Shown here in pieces: positions 60,537 to 64,000 of a stretch of DNA of 64,000 nt (positions are counted from its first letter, which is position 1; every line of letters starts with the position of its first letter). A program made the position numbers and the translations under genes. The stretch is taken from positions 175,646,001 through 175,710,000 of the forward strand of contig OZ038378.1 in NCBI GenBank assembly GCA_964036045.1, given 5' to 3'. The stretch is from Eutreptiella sp. 'Long Island Sound 2002'. Taxonomy: Eukaryota; Protista; Euglenida. The notes below the pieces were generated by a model. It was not told the DNA's origin and made no database searches. It worked only from the letters and a program-made list of their open reading frames with translations.

Positions 60537-62958
60537 TAGGGTTAGGGTCACCGAGCTGGTGGAACCAGTCTTGGTTTTATAACCCTTTTTAGGGTCTAGG
60601 GTGGACCTACCAGGTTTAGGAGCAGCAAGCAAGCAAGCAGCAGCACGTGCGAAATGGGGAAAAATCAGAATTCCGTCGTGGTGCTTCGGATTTGGGTGAA
60701 ATTTTGGTGGATGATACCTATGGGTGTGAAGTACAATCACACAAAGTTTGAGCAAGAAACTCAACGGTGGCGGCCGGATACAGTTGTCGCAAGTGGCGGA
60801 CCTCAGGTTCAAAAACTGCAATTTAGGGCCAAAAACAGCCATTTTTGGGCCAAAACAGCCCTAGAACACATTCAAAACGGCCAAACGAAGGGAAAGGGTG
60901 GGTACACTCTATGTGCGGCTTGACTTTCCCGTGTCAATGAGCCCTTTGCGGCCCTCTAACTCCACCATATGTCCCGGAAACGGCCCAAAAAGGCCCCCAG
61001 AAGCCCCAAATTCTATTGCCTTCGGCAAGGCACCTCGAACAGGGGAGAGGGACAACCTTTTCTGAGCCCCCCCCCAACACCCAAATAGGGTGAAAAACAC
61101 ATAAAGATGGGCTAAAACATGCTTTACATAGGATATTTGATCATTTTGGATGGTCAAAGTATCAAAAAAATCAGTTTTGGAAAATTCCATTTTTGAGCTG
61201 CCGAGGCTGGAAAACTGCATTAGCAGGTTGTGCCCTAGACCCCTTGGGAGCCCCCCCCCCCCAACACCCAAATAGGGTGAAAAACACATAAAGAGGGGCT
61301 AAAACATGCTTTACATAGGATATTTGATCATTTTGGATGGTCAAAGTATCAAAAAAATCAGTTTCGGAAAATTCCATTTTTGAGCTGCCGAGGCTGGAAA
61401 ACTGCATAAGCAGGTTGTGCCCTAGACCCCTTGGGAGACCCCCCCCCCCCAACACCCAAATAGGGTGAAAAACACATAAAAGGGGGCTAAAACATGCTTT
61501 AAATCGCATATTTCATCATTGTAAGTGGTCACAATGTCAAAAAAATGCTTTGCAAAATTTTCCATTTTTGACCTATAGAGGGTTGAACCACCTACAAACA
61601 GCAATTTTGAAGCTTTTGGGGGGCCCATGGCTCGGGCTATATGGGCTTGGCAGCCACTACGTGGGTCCCCGTGGGTGCTCAAGTACCCGTATTGTCATTA
61701 AATCATCACCCAAACCCATCCAAGGGGCGACAGAAGGGTTTCCGAAAAAGTCGAATTTCGGAAATCTTGCAGGTGTCACTGAACAGCCTTATCCAGCGTG
61801 AAAACGGCTCACTAGCAAGTCCTCACTAGCAAGGGCCCATAGAGGGGGGCGACCAGGGGTACCCGGAGTTCGGACCCGGGTCCCCCGCCATGGGTTAGGG
61901 GGTCCATGTACAAGAAAAAAGTTGCCCGGGACCTGGGTCCAAATCCACACACAGCACCTAGAATATGCAAAGAAGTTTTGACCCCCCCCCCCGACACCCC
62001 CCCCCACCCCCCCAAAAAGGGGTACCCGGGTACGGGGGGGTATAGGGGATCATTTTCTCTCCTAAAATGATGATTTTACAAGGGGTTGGACATCCGGTAC
62101 CATACCTTGGGGTATGGTACGCGAATGACCCCAAAAAAGGGGGGTATATGGCGTACGCACCTGCGCTTGATCTAACAACCCTCTTTGAGGTGATTTTGTG
62201 TAGACTAGCTGCCAACAGCCACAAACCAAGAATAGGCCATATCTTTGGCTACATGGCTCAAAACGCGATTCCGAGGGCACCTAATCCACTTGCAACCCCC
62301 CACTTTTTGTGGTTTCCACCCCTCAGAATTGCCTAAACGGACGCCGAGAACCCCGTACCTAGGCCCGGTAGGCTGCGGCAAGCTGCAAGCTCAAGCCCAA
62401 ACAGGTGGGTGCCCAAATGGGTCAATAGGGTCCCGTAGGGCCAAAAAGATGACTTTTCTCAAAAATGATCCTAGACCATGTGTGATGCTAAAACAAGTGT
62501 TTTTGGACTGTTTTGAGCTTGGGGTGGCCCATTTTGGCCCTCCGAAAATCCCAAAATGCCTTGAAGATGCGCTGTTTTGGGACCAAAAATGGGTCAAAAA
62601 TGGGTCAAAAACGCATTTTTCCAAACCTCATCCTAGACCATTTGGGGTGCACCAACGGGTGAAATGAGCCCATTTTGAGCCCATTTTGGGGGCATTTTGG
62701 CCCCTCAGAAGTCCAAAAAAGCCTTGAAAGTGGGCCTTGTGGTGAACGGGATCACTTGCAAGCTGATTCCACCCTGTCAACGGACTTCAATGTGTGACTC
62801 ATTGGTGTCCCTCACCATTCATAGCTGATGTTCCCTCCCCCACCAGCTCGGTCCCAATATTCAGTCTTGATTAGGGTTAGGGTCACCGAGCTGGTGGAAC
62901 CAGTCTTGGTTTTATAACCCTCTTTAGGGTCTAGGGTGGACCTAACAGGTTTAGCAGC

Positions 62959-62989
<31 letters not shown>

Positions 62990-64000
62990 GCACGCGCGAA
63001 ATGGCTAAAAATCAGAATTCCGTCGTGGTGCTTCGGATTCGGGTGAAATTTTGGTGGATGATACCTATGGGTGTGAAGTACAATCACACAAAGTTTGAGC
63101 AAGAAACTCAACGGTGGCGGCCGGGAACGGGATTCGCAAGTGGCGGACCTCAGTTTCAAAAACTGCATTTTACGGCCAAAAACAGCCATTTTTGGGCCAA
63201 AAAAGCCCTGGAACACATTCAAAACGGCCAAACGAAGGGAAACGGTGGGTACACTCCACATGCAGCTTGACTTCCCCGTGTCAACGAGCTCTTTGCGGCC
63301 CTCTAACTCCATGATATGTCCCAGAAACGGCCCAAAAAGGCCCCCAGAAGCTCCAAATGCCGACAGCCACAAACCAAGAATAGGCCATATCTTTGGCTAC
63401 ATGGCTCAAAATGCGATTCCGAGGGCACCTACTCCACCCGCAACCCCCCACTTTTTGTGGTTTCCACCCCTCAGAATTGCCCAAACGGACGCCTAGACCC
63501 AAATACCTAGGCCCACTAGGCTGCGGCAAGCTGCAAGCTCAAGCCCAAACAGGTGGGTGCCCAAATGGGTCAACAAGGTCCAGTAGGGGCAAAAAGATGA
63601 CTTTTCTCAAAAATGATCCTAGACCATGTCCGACGCTAAAACAAGTGTTTTTGGACCGTTTTGAGCTTGTGGTGGCGCATTTCGGTCCTCCGAAAATCCC
63701 AAAATGCCCTGAAAATGGGCTGTTTTGGGACCAAAAATGGGTCAAAAATGGGTCAAAAACGCATTTTTCCAAACCTCATCCCAAACCATTTGGGTTGCAC
63801 AAACGGGTGAAATGAGCCCATTTTGAGCCCATTTTGGAGCATGTTGGCCCCTCAGAAGTCCAAAAAGCCTTGAAAGTGGGCCTCGTGGTGATGGGGTTCA
63901 CATGCAAGCTGATTTCACTTTGTCAAGAGCCATCAATGTGTGAATCATTATTGATGTCCCTCACCACTCATAGCTGATGTTCCCTCCCCCACCAGCTCGG
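60537..64000. repeat. Family A repeat cluster, including ~1.15-kb tandem units
   Basis: gccacaaaccaagaataggccatatctttggc at about 62219 and 63368; 60537-61020 matches about 62872-63360. Confidence 0.9.
61066..61520. repeat. ~185-bp tandem repeat, about 2.5 copies
   Basis: ccaacacccaaatagggtgaaaaacacataaa at about 61075, 61261 and 61449. Confidence 0.9.

Overview
Repeat-rich eukaryotic nuclear DNA with GT-AG introns; no rRNA, tRNA or CRISPR array was recognised. A euglenozoan (euglenid-like) host is my inference, from a gag-YR-RT retroelement and TTAGGG-like motifs. Host genes: a multi-exon EamA/DMT transporter (minus strand, about 4.8-11.3 kb), a 3-exon triple-RRM hnRNP-A/Musashi-like protein with a Gly-Met tail (minus, 30778-35550), a split Myb-like domain (minus, about 45.2-45.8 kb) and a few unassigned exon-like ORFs. 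Mobile DNA: a decayed VIPER/TATE-order tyrosine-recombinase retroelement (about 18.1-21.7 kb), a 5'-truncated LINE inserted in a ~92-bp satellite, LINE relics, MITE-like hairpins and a large modular dispersed repeat. The most striking feature is a 6.1-kb, apparently young Penelope-like retroelement (54418-60536, minus) bounded by identical 235-bp direct repeats. It has (i) a separate ORF1 with two CCHC knuckles, an RRM-like segment and a coiled coil, (ii) an ATGA stop-start junction into (iii) a long frame carrying a possible adenine-methyltransferase-like segment, an N-terminal GIY-YIG nuclease split by one in-frame TAG, and a PLE-type RT with FRDN in place of YxDD. It sits in telomere-like TAGGG repeats, oriented as if primed from the G-rich strand. 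All domain calls are motif recognition by eye; no database searches were run.
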